Source: an uncultured virus (IMG/VR IMGVR_UViG_3300022602_000071) (Duplodnaviria > Heunggongvirae > Uroviricota > Caudoviricetes). From it: DNA of 64,000 bases. The translations under genes and the position numbers were made by a program. Numbering within the stretch: position 1 is the stretch's first letter; every line of letters starts with the position of its first letter. This document shows positions 31,795-42,342 of this stretch, piece by piece. The notes beneath the pieces are model-generated. The model ran no database searches, was not told the DNA's origin, and saw nothing but the letters and a program-made list of their open reading frames with translations. The stretch lies in IMG/VR virus record IMGVR_UViG_3300022602_000071; one strand, 5' to 3'.

Positions 31795-32321
31795 TGAACG
31801 GATATACCTATATTGCATCACCTGGACAACCAACTATTGGGTTGACTCCAATAAACAATGTACTGACTATAGCTAGCGGAGGTGCCATCGGCTTAGTAAC
31901 CAGCCCTACTACAAATACGCTAACGGTGAATCTTAACAGTTCAAATTTGAATGTGACTAACTTCACAGTAACAGGAACTCTAACTTTAAATCCAACACTA
32001 GTAAGTACATTAGATAATATCACCATTGGTAGTATTACTCCAGCACCTGCTACATTTACAAGTCTAACAGTAACGGGTGCAGTGAATATGAATCCCACGA
32101 ATGCTAACATTACTATCAGTCCAACTGGAACAGGAACGCTAATTGTTAATCCCAATACTACAGGAACAATTGATAATATTGCTATTGGATCTAATGTTCC
32201 AGCAGCTGGCAATTTTACATCTATTACTATAGCTGGAACACAACCAACCAGTCTTAAAAGTGTAGTAACTAAAGGTTATGTGGCAGCACTGTCTGCAGCT
32301 TACGGAGTAGCACTATCTTAA
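31794..32321 (+). CDS. Short fibre-like structural protein
   Basis: DNI.IGS..PA...FTS+T repeats; TKGYV and a hydrophobic C-terminus. Confidence 0.6.
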   Translation: MNGYTYIASPGQPTIGLTPINNVLTIASGGAIGLVTSPTTNTLTVNLNSSNLNVTNFTVTGTLTLNPTLVSTLDNITIGSITPAPATFTSLTVTGAVNMNPTNANITISPTGTGTLIVNPNTTGTIDNIAIGSNVPAAGNFTSITIAGTQPTSLKSVVTKGYVAALSAAYGVALS

Positions 32322-32334
32322 AAAGATTTATAAA

Positions 32335-33063
32335 ATGAGCACAGTAGCTAAACAATTAAGATCAAGTTACGGTTTTGAAAGTCCGTATTTTATTGTAGAT
32401 TCAAGTGGTAATCTTGTTACTCAAACAGTCACGGTAACTGGTAACAGGATAGAACTAACACAGGGCAGTTATCTCAGTTACAATGGCGCACCTTTGCTTA
32501 CTCAGACAGCATTGGGGGCATCTATTACTACTATTCCTGGAACTTTGACTGGATTATCAGTACAAGGAACTGTATCCTTAAATGGAGCATTTAAATTAAC
32601 TTCGGGAACAACTGCATCAGTATGGAATCCAGCTACTGTTAGTACGATTGACAATACAGTTATAGGATCCATTACACCCTTGTCTGCTACATTTACCAAC
32701 TTAACAGTAAATGGATCAATAACACTTAATAGCACTAATATCAGTATCAGTCCGCCAGGTTCTTTAACTTTGGGATCCACTGGACAGACAATAAACTTAC
32801 AGGGCAATATAGCACTGACAGGAACACAATCATTTAGAGTTGCTCCTAGCGATGGTAGTCTAGTGTCATTTCAACCAAACGCCACAGGCAGTATAGATAA
32901 CATGACTATTGGCGCAATAACTCCTTCAACAGGTACCTTTACTGTGCTTACACAGACTACACCTGACGAAAAATGGAACAGTTCAGTTAAAAATCAAGCC
33001 TCAACTAAACGATATTCAGAAAATATAGCAGTTGCACTCAGTTATTTTGCCATGGGCCAATAA
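32335..33063 (+). CDS. Short fibre-like structural protein
   Basis: IDN..IG.ITP...TFT repeats; TKRY and a hydrophobic C-terminus. Confidence 0.6.
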   Translation: MSTVAKQLRSSYGFESPYFIVDSSGNLVTQTVTVTGNRIELTQGSYLSYNGAPLLTQTALGASITTIPGTLTGLSVQGTVSLNGAFKLTSGTTASVWNPATVSTIDNTVIGSITPLSATFTNLTVNGSITLNSTNISISPPGSLTLGSTGQTINLQGNIALTGTQSFRVAPSDGSLVSFQPNATGSIDNMTIGAITPSTGTFTVLTQTTPDEKWNSSVKNQASTKRYSENIAVALSYFAMGQ

Positions 33064-33087
33064 GGCAAAACTAAGAAATGGCTTGGC

Positions 33088-33093
33088 TAAATA
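33088..33093 (+). promoter_or_regulatory. T4-type late promoter (TAAATA)
   Basis: TAAATACACTTAAGAAAC, similar to the sheath promoter TAAATACATTAAGAAAC. Confidence 0.6.
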
Positions 33094-33120
33094 CACTTAA
33101 GAAACGATTCGGAGAAATAA

Positions 33121-36100
33121 ATGGCAAAAAGTCAAATTAGACAGTATGTTTTTAGCCCTACAGGCACAACTGGTGGTACCATTACTGTCCCAGGAAAAAT
33201 TGACCTACAACAGCTATTAGTTATTACTAATACTACAACTAATTCAATATTGTATAACTTTGCAGATTCTACTTATACAGGAACCACTGTTTCATTTTAC
33301 AGAGCTAATGATACTAATTTTGCCACTGCATTAGATAATACTGACGGTGTTACTATAATTACAATACCCAGTACAATTAGCACTAGCGGTATGACCAGTT
33401 CAAATGTACTGCAAATATTCTTTGAACAGTCATTTCAATATGTACGCAGCCCAGAAGTAGGTACTGATGCATTTGAGCGTCAACGTACCGCAGGCCCACA
33501 ATCAATGATTGACGCTGACTTTGAATATGGTATGCAACCAACCAAGTGGTTGACCATTAGTCAGCAACGCGGCTATCCTGCAATTTATGAAATTCCAGGA
33601 ACTGATCAAACAGTTACTGCCGCTACAACAGATGCCAGTGCTGGATCCGGCGGCCTTGTAACTTCAGAAAGTATTATTACAATTACTACAGCAACTGCTC
33701 ATGGTTTTAGTGTTGGAACTCCTTTTACAATCAGCGGATTCAATAGTTCTATAGTTGGATTCGATCGAGCTCAAGGTAGTTTTATTGTATTTTCTGTTCC
33801 TAGCACAACAACTTTTAGCTTCATTGCCAAAGGTAAAGTAGGAACCGTAAACGGTGATAACGTCTACACACCATTTATTCAATTGCGCAGTGGAGGATTT
33901 TATTCAGGTTCTAATATTAATGCTGTTATTGGAACTACTATTACTGCTACAACTACCGGTACAAACTATGTAACTGTGATTAGTACAGCTGGTATACAGT
34001 CAGGCAGTGCAATAAGCATTTCAACAGTAGTGACAAATGCCACTGGCACAAATCAAAACACTAATTATATCACAGTAGGTTCCACAGTAGGCATGTATCC
34101 AGGCATGCCGTTGGTATTTTCAGGTGTGGCATTTGGCGGTCTTGTTTCAGGAACCACTTATTATGTAGTTACTATAGTTGATGTAAAAACTATTACAGTT
34201 AGTCTAAGTAGCAATTTAACACCATTAATTACCCCAACTACTGCTATCAATGGTAACATGACTGTTACTGGAGGAGCTTTCTTTGGGGGGATAACAGCAA
34301 ACACAGTTTACTATGTAAACCAGATAATAAGTGGAACACAGATAACTATCAGCAACAACATAGTCTACACAACTACTATTGCAGGAACCAATGCTACACT
34401 AAATGCTGTAAATTTTGGAACCACAGTCAATATGACAGTAGGAGAAGCGGTTGTGGTAACTGGTACTACGATTGGAAATTTGTCCGCAGGAACTTACTAC
34501 ATTGTACAAATCATTGACAGTAACTATGCCACAGTCAGCACAACTCCAGGAGGTAGTGTATTTACTATGACTACCGCAACTGGCAGCATGTCAGCAGTTG
34601 TGGGAGTTAATGCTACTTTATCTTCAGCCACTGGATACTTAGCTGCTATAATTGTGGCACCGGTGACTTTAACTTACAGTACTCCGTCTACTGTGGTTAA
34701 TTTCACAGGTACTATAAGTGGAACTACTCTCACAGCTACCAGTGTGTCTGGAACATTTGCCGTTGGGCAAGGAATTAGCGGTACTGGTGTACCTAGTTCT
34801 ACTGTTATTCAAAGCCAACTTACAGCAACAAACAGTGCCAGCGCTACTACTACCTTAGTATCAGGCGGCGCTGCTAACTCTTTTACATTTGTTGTAATCA
34901 GTGTTACAAATATACTTGTAGGCCAATTAGTTGCAGGATCTGCTTTGCCAGCTAGTGCATTTGTTACTGGAATTAATGGAACAACGGTAACAGTAAGCCA
35001 AGCATTTACTTCAGGTGGTGGCAGTGGTAATTACAGTTTTTATACACCATATCAAGCAGGCACTTACCAAATTAATACAAATACAGGTACAGCAAGTGGT
35101 GCCAGCTGTGTTGCTGTGAATACTCAGCCCGTAATCACTGTCAACACTTACAGTCCGCACGGTTTTACTCCTGGAGACACAATTAACATGTATGTGTCTA
35201 GCGAAAGCGGATTTAACAATCATACTTTAGCTACCGGACCGTTCTTTGTAGAAAATATTTCTACTAATACAGTGAACGGTGTAACAATAGCTAACCAATT
35301 CACTTACACTGCGCGAGGAGTTGGAATTATTAGTGGCACTATCAGCGCTATATTGTATGCTAGACCAGATAGTTTTTATTCACATAGACCGTTTGATGGC
35401 GGCGTACAACTAGGAACAGGTCTACCAAGTCACGGTGCACAGGCAATCCGTATGAGTAAAAAATACATTCGATATCAATCAGGTAAAGGTATTAACTTTA
35501 ACACTGGTTTGTTAATGGCGCCAAACTACTATGTGAGAACTGTATTTTCTTATACAGGTACTACAAACTATGTAACTGGTTTAGCCATAACTAATGTTAC
35601 TAGTGCGGGAGTTGTTACAATTACTCAAGGAACTTATGTAACTGGGCAAGCTATCATAGTCAGTGGATCAATTACCACTACAAACAATTTTGCTGCAGGA
35701 ACATATTACGTACTAGTAGGCGGTACCAATGTTACTTTAATTACGATCGCCACTACACTAGCTAATGTTATTGCTAACACCGCTGCAGTGTTTACATCGA
35801 CCAGTGCTGTATCGGGTGCAACTGCAACATTAACTTCGATTATTCAAATAGTTACCGATGATGTAGATCATGGTTGTCAAGTTGGCGCAGGAGTGTTGTT
35901 AACAGGTGTAGTTTCTTCAGGGTTTAATGGAAACTATACCGTTGCTGGTATCATAGACGAAAGAAATTTGTTAGTAGTAGCCCAATCTGCTCTAGCATCT
36001 ACCGCTGCCACTACTTATGCTAGTATCAACGATCCATGCTTTCTAAGTTTGACTAACTGGTATGGTTCCACAGTGCGTTCAGGCACATATGACGAACAAA

Positions 36101-38085
36101 ACGGAGTATTTTTCCAGTATGATGGTCAGAATGTTTCAATAGTGAGACGATCCAGCACTTATCAATTGGCAGGTACTATCAATGCCGTAGTAGGCAGCGG
36201 GCAAATTATTGGTATAAACACTAGATTTACATCTCAATTATATGTTGGAGATCGTGTTGTAATTAGAGGTATGAGCCATATGATTACACAGGTAGTATCT
36301 GACACATTGATGTATGTAAATCCTCAATTCCGTGGTTACAGTAATCTATATGGTATCAAAATGACCAAAACTATAGACTATATTGTTCCACAGAGTAAAT
36401 GGAATACCGATCGCATGGACGGCTCAAATGGCCCATTTAACCCCAGCGGATATCTGCTGAATCCTTGGAAAATGCAGATGGTTGGATTGCAATGGACATG
36501 GTACGGTGCTGGATTCATTGACTGGATGATGCGTGGCCCAGAAGGCAAATTTGTAACAGTACATCGTTTGAGAAACAACAATCTGAACAACGAAGGTTGG
36601 ATGCGTACCGGTAATATACCAGTGCGTTATGAAGTACAAAATGAAGCAGCAAGAACATGGACGGTAGGAACAGTTTCGGTATCTCCTACTGATTTAGTAA
36701 TTCCAGTTAACGACACTTCAATCTTCCCAACTCCTAGCACAGTCAACGCTGGTACTGGTTTTGCCACAGTATATATAGACAATGAAATTATACAATACAC
36801 AGCTAAAATTAACACCATAGCAACAGCCATCAGCGGAGGTAATACTATTACTGTAGGATCAACAGCTAATATGGCTACTGGTCAACCTATAGTTTTTATA
36901 CATCCACTTGGTTTAAGCATAGGTGGTATAGTTTCAGGGCAGACATATTATATTGCTAGTATTGGTACTAATACTATAACTTTATCTTCTAACGCAGGGT
37001 TATCTGCTCCAGTAACTGGTTTAACCACTTACACTTACAATCCTTATGGTGCATCTAATACCAATTATTATATGACTGTGAACGCTCTTTTGTTAACAAG
37101 CATAGCTAATAGAGGACAAAGCATAGTACCATGGGCAGTTGGTGGATATAAAACATTTGGAGCAGGTAGTGCAGCTACTCACACTCCTAATACCGGTGTA
37201 ATACAAATAAACGGCACTGCCAGCCCAGTAGTTAGCCACTGGGGAGCAGCTTTTGTACAAGACGGTGGATTTGATACTGACCGTTCATATATTTTCAACT
37301 ACAGTCAGCCTAATGTAAATATTTCAACTAAGAAAACTACCGCTTTTGCAGTACGATTAGCACCTAGCGTAAGTAATGCATTAACTGGTGATTTAGGCGG
37401 TCGTGAACTGATCAATCGCGCTAGTTTCTTGTTACAAACACTTGAATCGTGTGCGGGTAATACAAGTAATGCTAATACAGCGATTGTTATTGAAGGAATT
37501 TTAAATCCTAGCAATTATCCTGCACTATCAAATATTCAATGGGCCAGTTTGAGTTCAGCTGTGAATCCAAGTGGACAACCAAGTTTCAGTCAAGTTGCTC
37601 CTGGCTCTTCAATGGTGTTTACAAATAGTGCAAATAATTTTACCACTATCACCAATGTTGGCGGATTAGGTGTGGGTGCGCTAAGTATGACTGTTGTCAG
37701 TACAACCGGTATTAAAGTAGGAGATGATGTATTTTTTCCAGCAACTACCAACGCTTGTCAAGGGTTAACCAAAGTTACTGCAATTAATAGTCTTACCATT
37801 ACTTTTAACTTTGCTATTGTTACTGCTGTTTCTGCTAGTTCAATTGTTCAGTTCAGTAGAGGAACTTATGCCTTACCAGGTGAAACTGTATTTTCATATG
37901 TAAATTCACCAGCTAACAAAGACGCTCTAGATTTGACACCATTTAAAGAATTGACCAACACACCAATTGGTGGCAGAGGTACTTATCCTAATGGTTGCGA
38001 TGTATTGTTTATCAATGCTTATATTACACAAGGAACACCCCTTAATCAGAACTTGGTTCTACGATGGGGCGAAGCTCAAGCGTAA
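33121..38085 (+). CDS. Large virion structural protein (baseplate/fibre-associated, 1654 aa)
   Basis: GGAG SD; LLVITN.T.N.ILYNF N-terminus; DADFEYG.QPTKW; many T/G-rich beta modules. Confidence 0.7.
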   Translation: MAKSQIRQYVFSPTGTTGGTITVPGKIDLQQLLVITNTTTNSILYNFADSTYTGTTVSFYRANDTNFATALDNTDGVTIITIPSTISTSGMTSSNVLQIFFEQSFQYVRSPEVGTDAFERQRTAGPQSMIDADFEYGMQPTKWLTISQQRGYPAIYEIPGTDQTVTAATTDASAGSGGLVTSESIITITTATAHGFSVGTPFTISGFNSSIVGFDRAQGSFIVFSVPSTTTFSFIAKGKVGTVNGDNVYTPFIQLRSGGFYSGSNINAVIGTTITATTTGTNYVTVISTAGIQSGSAISISTVVTNATGTNQNTNYITVGSTVGMYPGMPLVFSGVAFGGLVSGTTYYVVTIVDVKTITVSLSSNLTPLITPTTAINGNMTVTGGAFFGGITANTVYYVNQIISGTQITISNNIVYTTTIAGTNATLNAVNFGTTVNMTVGEAVVVTGTTIGNLSAGTYYIVQIIDSNYATVSTTPGGSVFTMTTATGSMSAVVGVNATLSSATGYLAAIIVAPVTLTYSTPSTVVNFTGTISGTTLTATSVSGTFAVGQGISGTGVPSSTVIQSQLTATNSASATTTLVSGGAANSFTFVVISVTNILVGQLVAGSALPASAFVTGINGTTVTVSQAFTSGGGSGNYSFYTPYQAGTYQINTNTGTASGASCVAVNTQPVITVNTYSPHGFTPGDTINMYVSSESGFNNHTLATGPFFVENISTNTVNGVTIANQFTYTARGVGIISGTISAILYARPDSFYSHRPFDGGVQLGTGLPSHGAQAIRMSKKYIRYQSGKGINFNTGLLMAPNYYVRTVFSYTGTTNYVTGLAITNVTSAGVVTITQGTYVTGQAIIVSGSITTTNNFAAGTYYVLVGGTNVTLITIATTLANVIANTAAVFTSTSAVSGATATLTSIIQIVTDDVDHGCQVGAGVLLTGVVSSGFNGNYTVAGIIDERNLLVVAQSALASTAATTYASINDPCFLSLTNWYGSTVRSGTYDEQNGVFFQYDGQNVSIVRRSSTYQLAGTINAVVGSGQIIGINTRFTSQLYVGDRVVIRGMSHMITQVVSDTLMYVNPQFRGYSNLYGIKMTKTIDYIVPQSKWNTDRMDGSNGPFNPSGYLLNPWKMQMVGLQWTWYGAGFIDWMMRGPEGKFVTVHRLRNNNLNNEGWMRTGNIPVRYEVQNEAARTWTVGTVSVSPTDLVIPVNDTSIFPTPSTVNAGTGFATVYIDNEIIQYTAKINTIATAISGGNTITVGSTANMATGQPIVFIHPLGLSIGGIVSGQTYYIASIGTNTITLSSNAGLSAPVTGLTTYTYNPYGASNTNYYMTVNALLLTSIANRGQSIVPWAVGGYKTFGAGSAATHTPNTGVIQINGTASPVVSHWGAAFVQDGGFDTDRSYIFNYSQPNVNISTKKTTAFAVRLAPSVSNALTGDLGGRELINRASFLLQTLESCAGNTSNANTAIVIEGILNPSNYPALSNIQWASLSSAVNPSGQPSFSQVAPGSSMVFTNSANNFTTITNVGGLGVGALSMTVVSTTGIKVGDDVFFPATTNACQGLTKVTAINSLTITFNFAIVTAVSASSIVQFSRGTYALPGETVFSYVNSPANKDALDLTPFKELTNTPIGGRGTYPNGCDVLFINAYITQGTPLNQNLVLRWGEAQA

Positions 38086-38090
38086 AAAAC

Positions 38091-38116
38091 AAAAAGCACT
38101 CTTAGGAGTGCTTTTT
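38091..38116. terminator. Bidirectional intrinsic terminator
   Basis: AAAAAGCACTC-ttag-GAGTGCTTTTT between convergent genes. Confidence 0.9.
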
Positions 38117-38565
38117 TAGATTAAATCAACTAGATCAAATACTGTTTGTAGTTTAGTACGAATAATTTTGCTAGAAAAACTATTTCGTAAACCTTGATGC
38201 AATGGCTTAGGAGCTCGATCAATAGTGGCCCAAGCCCAACCTTGATGCTCGTTACTTAAAACAGGGACAAATTCATTTTCAATTACGCACAAGTAAGTAT
38301 GAAAATTAAACACATTGTCATTACTGACAAATGTTTCTAAAGGAATAGTTTTAATTATAACAGGAATACTTCCGATTTCTTCCTGTATCTCACGTTGCAA
38401 CCCTTCCCAGGGAGTTTCACCACTTATAGTGGTACCTCCTACAAGTCCCCAAGTGCCTTCGTGTTTGCCTTGGCGTTTCTGTAACAATAAAAATCGACCA
38501 GTTGTTTTAGCATAAAACAATGCACCGCTACAGACTATTGATTCTTTTATAATACTATTTTCCAT
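38116..38565 (-). CDS. NUDIX hydrolase
   Basis: Nudix box GGTTISGETPWEGLQREIQEEIG. Confidence 0.9.
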   Translation of the reverse strand: MENSIIKESIVCSGALFYAKTTGRFLLLQKRQGKHEGTWGLVGGTTISGETPWEGLQREIQEEIGSIPVIIKTIPLETFVSNDNVFNFHTYLCVIENEFVPVLSNEHQGWAWATIDRAPKPLHQGLRNSFSSKIIRTKLQTVFDLVDLI

Positions 38566-39995
38566 TGACTTGCTGGATATTCACCTTCGTAGCTCTTGAC
38601 CCAGGAAACTCCATTCCAAAGATATTGAACTCCAGTGTATATATTAGTTTGCCATATCATAGTGGTTGTTTCTTGACTACTATTAAAAATTATTTTCCAT
38701 GCTGAACCAGTCCATTCAATGATGTCATTAGCGGTTGCTACCAGTGATCCCCATACTTCAGTAGTAACTCCTTGCGCTCCTATATCTTCTATGATTAGAT
38801 ATCTAGTTCCTGCTACTAAATGGGTTGGGGTGTAAGTTTGTGGATTTATTATAGCATCAAAAGTACCAGGACTGTTAGGTCTATAACTACCGGCTCCGTT
38901 GTAATTTACTGCACCTTCTAAAACGCCATTACTATCAATTCCAGTATTTGTTGTCAGAGTGTCAGGATTCCAATTAACTTGTAGAATTGTAGGGTCTAAA
39001 CTGTTTATAGCAACAGTTCCTACCACATACGATCCGTTAGGTTGTAATAGGTATATTGTGCTACTACCGGCAACATATTTGCCTCCTGCTGTAGCAAATA
39101 TTTCTAACCAGCTTATCGGTGTACCTTGTCTCACAGGCGCAGGATTTAATGAAGGTTCATTGGGCAAAACGCTTTCTGCTGAATTAAGGGCAATTACTTG
39201 CGAACCATACACTTCCAACTTGTATCCACTGATTGTAGTAACTATTTGATCAATTAGATCTCCAAAAGACACAGTTCCAGCAATAGGATCGTCCCCTAAT
39301 CCTTCAATGTAATTGCCTGAAGTTGCTGATGTTCCCCATAAACTGGTAATAATTTTTGTAATAACTCCAAGCCTTTTAACTTTAACTGGCGGACTGATCC
39401 ATATAGGAGTATCTAAAGTTAGCGTCGCTATATCTATTGGTGTATCATTACCAACTGGCACTTGTTTGCTTGACCAGCTAATATCATCAAGATTTAACAC
39501 GCTTAAACTGGTCCAATCTAAGTAGTTATCACTAGTTTGTAACTCTAAACTAGGATTAAATAAAACCAATATCTGCTCTAGTATTTGTAATTTTTGTTCT
39601 GTACTGCTAGCCCAAATATCTACTTTTAAAGTCAGTTTAAATGGTGTGGGCATTAATCTTTCTACGGTGTAGTTTCGTCCTTGACTTTGATTATAGGTTG
39701 TACCATCAGAAGATATATCTCTTTCGCGAATATTCACTTTACTGATAAAAGTTGCATCAGAAAGTCTTTCTTTATCTAAGGCTAATGCAGTAACATACAC
39801 ACTGATTCTAGGCACACTATTAACTTTATTTTCAGTATTACTTCTAATAATACTAGCAACTTGTCGGTCAGCATCCCCATACATTACAGGTATTCGGCGC
39901 AGTGTGCCATCACTATATTGTACCACAAAATTACTAAACACACGAATTACTTGTGTGATGTACCGTCTAATTTGCCCATCGTAGAAAAATTCCAT
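38547..39995 (-). CDS. gp15: Tail sheath stabiliser / tail completion protein (gp15-like) with a C-terminal extension
   Basis: FFYD.QIRRY..Q...F, IPV.YG, P.PF.L..., QILEQIL..FNP. Confidence 0.75.
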   Translation of the reverse strand: MEFFYDGQIRRYITQVIRVFSNFVVQYSDGTLRRIPVMYGDADRQVASIIRSNTENKVNSVPRISVYVTALALDKERLSDATFISKVNIRERDISSDGTTYNQSQGRNYTVERLMPTPFKLTLKVDIWASSTEQKLQILEQILVLFNPSLELQTSDNYLDWTSLSVLNLDDISWSSKQVPVGNDTPIDIATLTLDTPIWISPPVKVKRLGVITKIITSLWGTSATSGNYIEGLGDDPIAGTVSFGDLIDQIVTTISGYKLEVYGSQVIALNSAESVLPNEPSLNPAPVRQGTPISWLEIFATAGGKYVAGSSTIYLLQPNGSYVVGTVAINSLDPTILQVNWNPDTLTTNTGIDSNGVLEGAVNYNGAGSYRPNSPGTFDAIINPQTYTPTHLVAGTRYLIIEDIGAQGVTTEVWGSLVATANDIIEWTGSAWKIIFNSSQETTTMIWQTNIYTGVQYLWNGVSWVKSYEGEYPASQWKIVL

Positions 39996-41452
39996 TATAA
40001 ATCTGCCCTTGGTTTTAGTGCCTTACTTAAACTTTGTCGTTGTGCATCTCTAGCATTATATAGTGTAATAGTCCATTGCCCAGCATAAGGAATTGTTTGC
40101 TGAACAGAATTAATTACTGGCAAATTAATCTTAATGCAGGCAGTTTGAATGCCAGTTGGACTAGTATATTGATAGCTGGTAATTAGTCCCTGATAGTCTG
40201 CAACAACATATTCGATAGTCTGTTGAGCTGTCTGAAACTTTAACACAAGATAAGGTGCTGTCGTAGTGTAAGGAATTATTGTTTCAACGATAGTAGCGCC
40301 AATGGCCAATGTCTTATAATCAGTAGCTACCGCATCGTTGTATGTATAGTTATCGTTATTAATAAATCCAGTTTTTTGAGTAGATCTTGTATCAGTTTGG
40401 GTCATAGTCATTCGCACAGAATCTTCTACAGCAATCCACACACTTTGTGTACCATCAAATCTAAATAATCTATTTGGAAAATAATCGGTTCTTAAGAAAA
40501 AATCATCAGTAGCAGGATTGGCTGGAAATTGTACTCCAAACCCAAAATCGTAACCATTGACTGGAAATCCATCCCCTATTAAATGTCCTGTGTATCCACT
40601 TCTTTGGGGAACGCCATCTTGTGCACTTGCTAAGATTGAAGTGCCGCTATCGCTTGCCAATAGGTCTGTTTCGTCGGCTGTTTTTAGCACAGGTTTACCA
40701 GTTAGGGGATCTGCTGCTAAAGTATAATATTGTCTAGTTTGGTATCCACTTTCTGGAGCATCTGCTTCACTTTGAGCTATAACTTGATCATTAATAGACA
40801 GCTCAGTGTTATACATGCTGAGCAAATCTCTTAGTGTATTATTTGTAGGATCACCGTTGGCATCTTTTGCAGGTTGATCAAAAATATCTTTGTATTGTTG
40901 ACTATCAACAATTTTTTTAATTTTTAACCTGTAAAGATGAGGGAACCAAGTGACACTGAATCCCTCGCTGGCACGACCAACATCTTCAATAACATAATAT
41001 CTGGGCATAGCAACATCAAAATCGCCCAACGCAAACTCATCTCGCAGATGTGGTAGTTCTATAACATCACCACTAATAGGTTTACGACCAACATACTTAA
41101 TAAAATCATTAATGTGTACAGTCATGTAAAGTGTATCGTTATCTATAAAAAGACCAAATTGACTTAGATTAAAATCTATATTTTGAACATTGTATAGTCC
41201 ACGAATTCTATAAATTTCTTTATCGTAAGTCCTATCACGATTTTCTAAAAATAATAAATCTTGAATATTAGTCACGCTAGTGCTAGGATAAACGGGTTTA
41301 TCAGCGGTAGCATTATTTTCTGTATTATTAGTACCTAAATATTTGTGTAAGTAAACATCAGTACCGCCAGCTTGAAACATCTCACTGGCGTTGCGATCTA
41401 TAAACTTATAGTCTGAACCCTTTTCGGGACGGTATAAAGAAAGTCTTGGCAT
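39995..41452 (-). CDS. gp14: Neck/head-closure protein (gp14-like), extended
   Basis: G.DVY.H; LSQFGLF...D.L..T.H; GDVIELPHL; located beside gp13 and gp15. Confidence 0.65.
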   Translation of the reverse strand: MPRLSLYRPEKGSDYKFIDRNASEMFQAGGTDVYLHKYLGTNNTENNATADKPVYPSTSVTNIQDLLFLENRDRTYDKEIYRIRGLYNVQNIDFNLSQFGLFIDNDTLYMTVHINDFIKYVGRKPISGDVIELPHLRDEFALGDFDVAMPRYYVIEDVGRASEGFSVTWFPHLYRLKIKKIVDSQQYKDIFDQPAKDANGDPTNNTLRDLLSMYNTELSINDQVIAQSEADAPESGYQTRQYYTLAADPLTGKPVLKTADETDLLASDSGTSILASAQDGVPQRSGYTGHLIGDGFPVNGYDFGFGVQFPANPATDDFFLRTDYFPNRLFRFDGTQSVWIAVEDSVRMTMTQTDTRSTQKTGFINNDNYTYNDAVATDYKTLAIGATIVETIIPYTTTAPYLVLKFQTAQQTIEYVVADYQGLITSYQYTSPTGIQTACIKINLPVINSVQQTIPYAGQWTITLYNARDAQRQSLSKALKPRADL

Positions 41453-41459
41453 AGTAACA

Positions 41460-41478
41460 TATTTATCTTAGCTAAATA
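41460..41478. promoter_or_regulatory. Back-to-back divergent late promoters (TATTTA-7 nt-TAAATA)
   Basis: TAAATA on the minus strand at 41460-41465 and on the plus strand at 41473-41478. Confidence 0.75.
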
Positions 41479-41496
41479 TAGTAAGAGGATTAAAAT

Positions 41497-42285
41497 ATGG
41501 ACGATTTACCATCAACGACGCAATCAGATTCAACAACTGAAAGAAACAAAGTGTTTGATTATTGCCGTACCATGCTAGGCGATGGTATGATTGATGTAGA
41601 ATTAGATTCTGTACACTACGAAACTGCTTTAGATAGAGCTTTAATAAAATATCGTCAACGTAGTCCCAATGCTGTGGAAGAAAGCTATCTATTTTTAGAA
41701 CTTATACAAGATCAAAATGAATATAGATTACCTGACGAAGTAATTACAGTTCGAGAAGTATTCAGGCGTGCCATTGGAAGTCGAACTGGCATTGGTGCTG
41801 GCGGCACACTTTTTGAACCGTTCAATTTAGCCTATACAAATACTTATTTGATGTCAGGCAGTATGATGGGCGGCCTAGCCACTTACGATGCGTTCGCTGG
41901 TTATCAAAAATTGGTAGGTCGTATGTTTGGTAGCTATATTGAATTTTTATGGAAACCAACCACACATATTTTAAATATTTTACAACGCCCATTTGCACAA
42001 GGCGAACAAATTTTATGTAGAACCTATAACTATCGTCCAGACTGGGTACTGCTTCAAGATATCTACTGTAAGCAATGGTTAAAAGACTATGCACTGGCTA
42101 CTTGTAAACAAATGCTAGGGCAAGCTCGTAGCAAATTTGGATCCATTGCAGGTCCAGGAAGTCCAATAACTCTAAACGGAACGGCGCTCCTAGCTGAGTC
42201 AAAAGAAATGATCGATAATTTAGAAAAAGAACTAATAACTAATGAAGTAAACGGTAGTAATGCCTATTATTTCATAACTGGTTAA
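41497..42285 (+). CDS. gp13: Neck protein (gp13-like)
   Basis: LG..MIDVEL; WLKDYALA.CK..LG..RSKF...GP...TLNG. Confidence 0.85.
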   Translation: MDDLPSTTQSDSTTERNKVFDYCRTMLGDGMIDVELDSVHYETALDRALIKYRQRSPNAVEESYLFLELIQDQNEYRLPDEVITVREVFRRAIGSRTGIGAGGTLFEPFNLAYTNTYLMSGSMMGGLATYDAFAGYQKLVGRMFGSYIEFLWKPTTHILNILQRPFAQGEQILCRTYNYRPDWVLLQDIYCKQWLKDYALATCKQMLGQARSKFGSIAGPGSPITLNGTALLAESKEMIDNLEKELITNEVNGSNAYYFITG

Positions 42286-42292
42286 AAAAATC

Positions 42293-42321
42293 TTGACCTT
42301 GTAATAAAACTGTTATATACT
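42293..42321 (+). promoter_or_regulatory. Sigma70-type promoter TTGACC-17-TATACT
   Basis: Near-consensus boxes with a 17-bp spacer. Confidence 0.7.
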
Positions 42322-42342
42322 AGAGTTACTCAAGGGGGCTCT

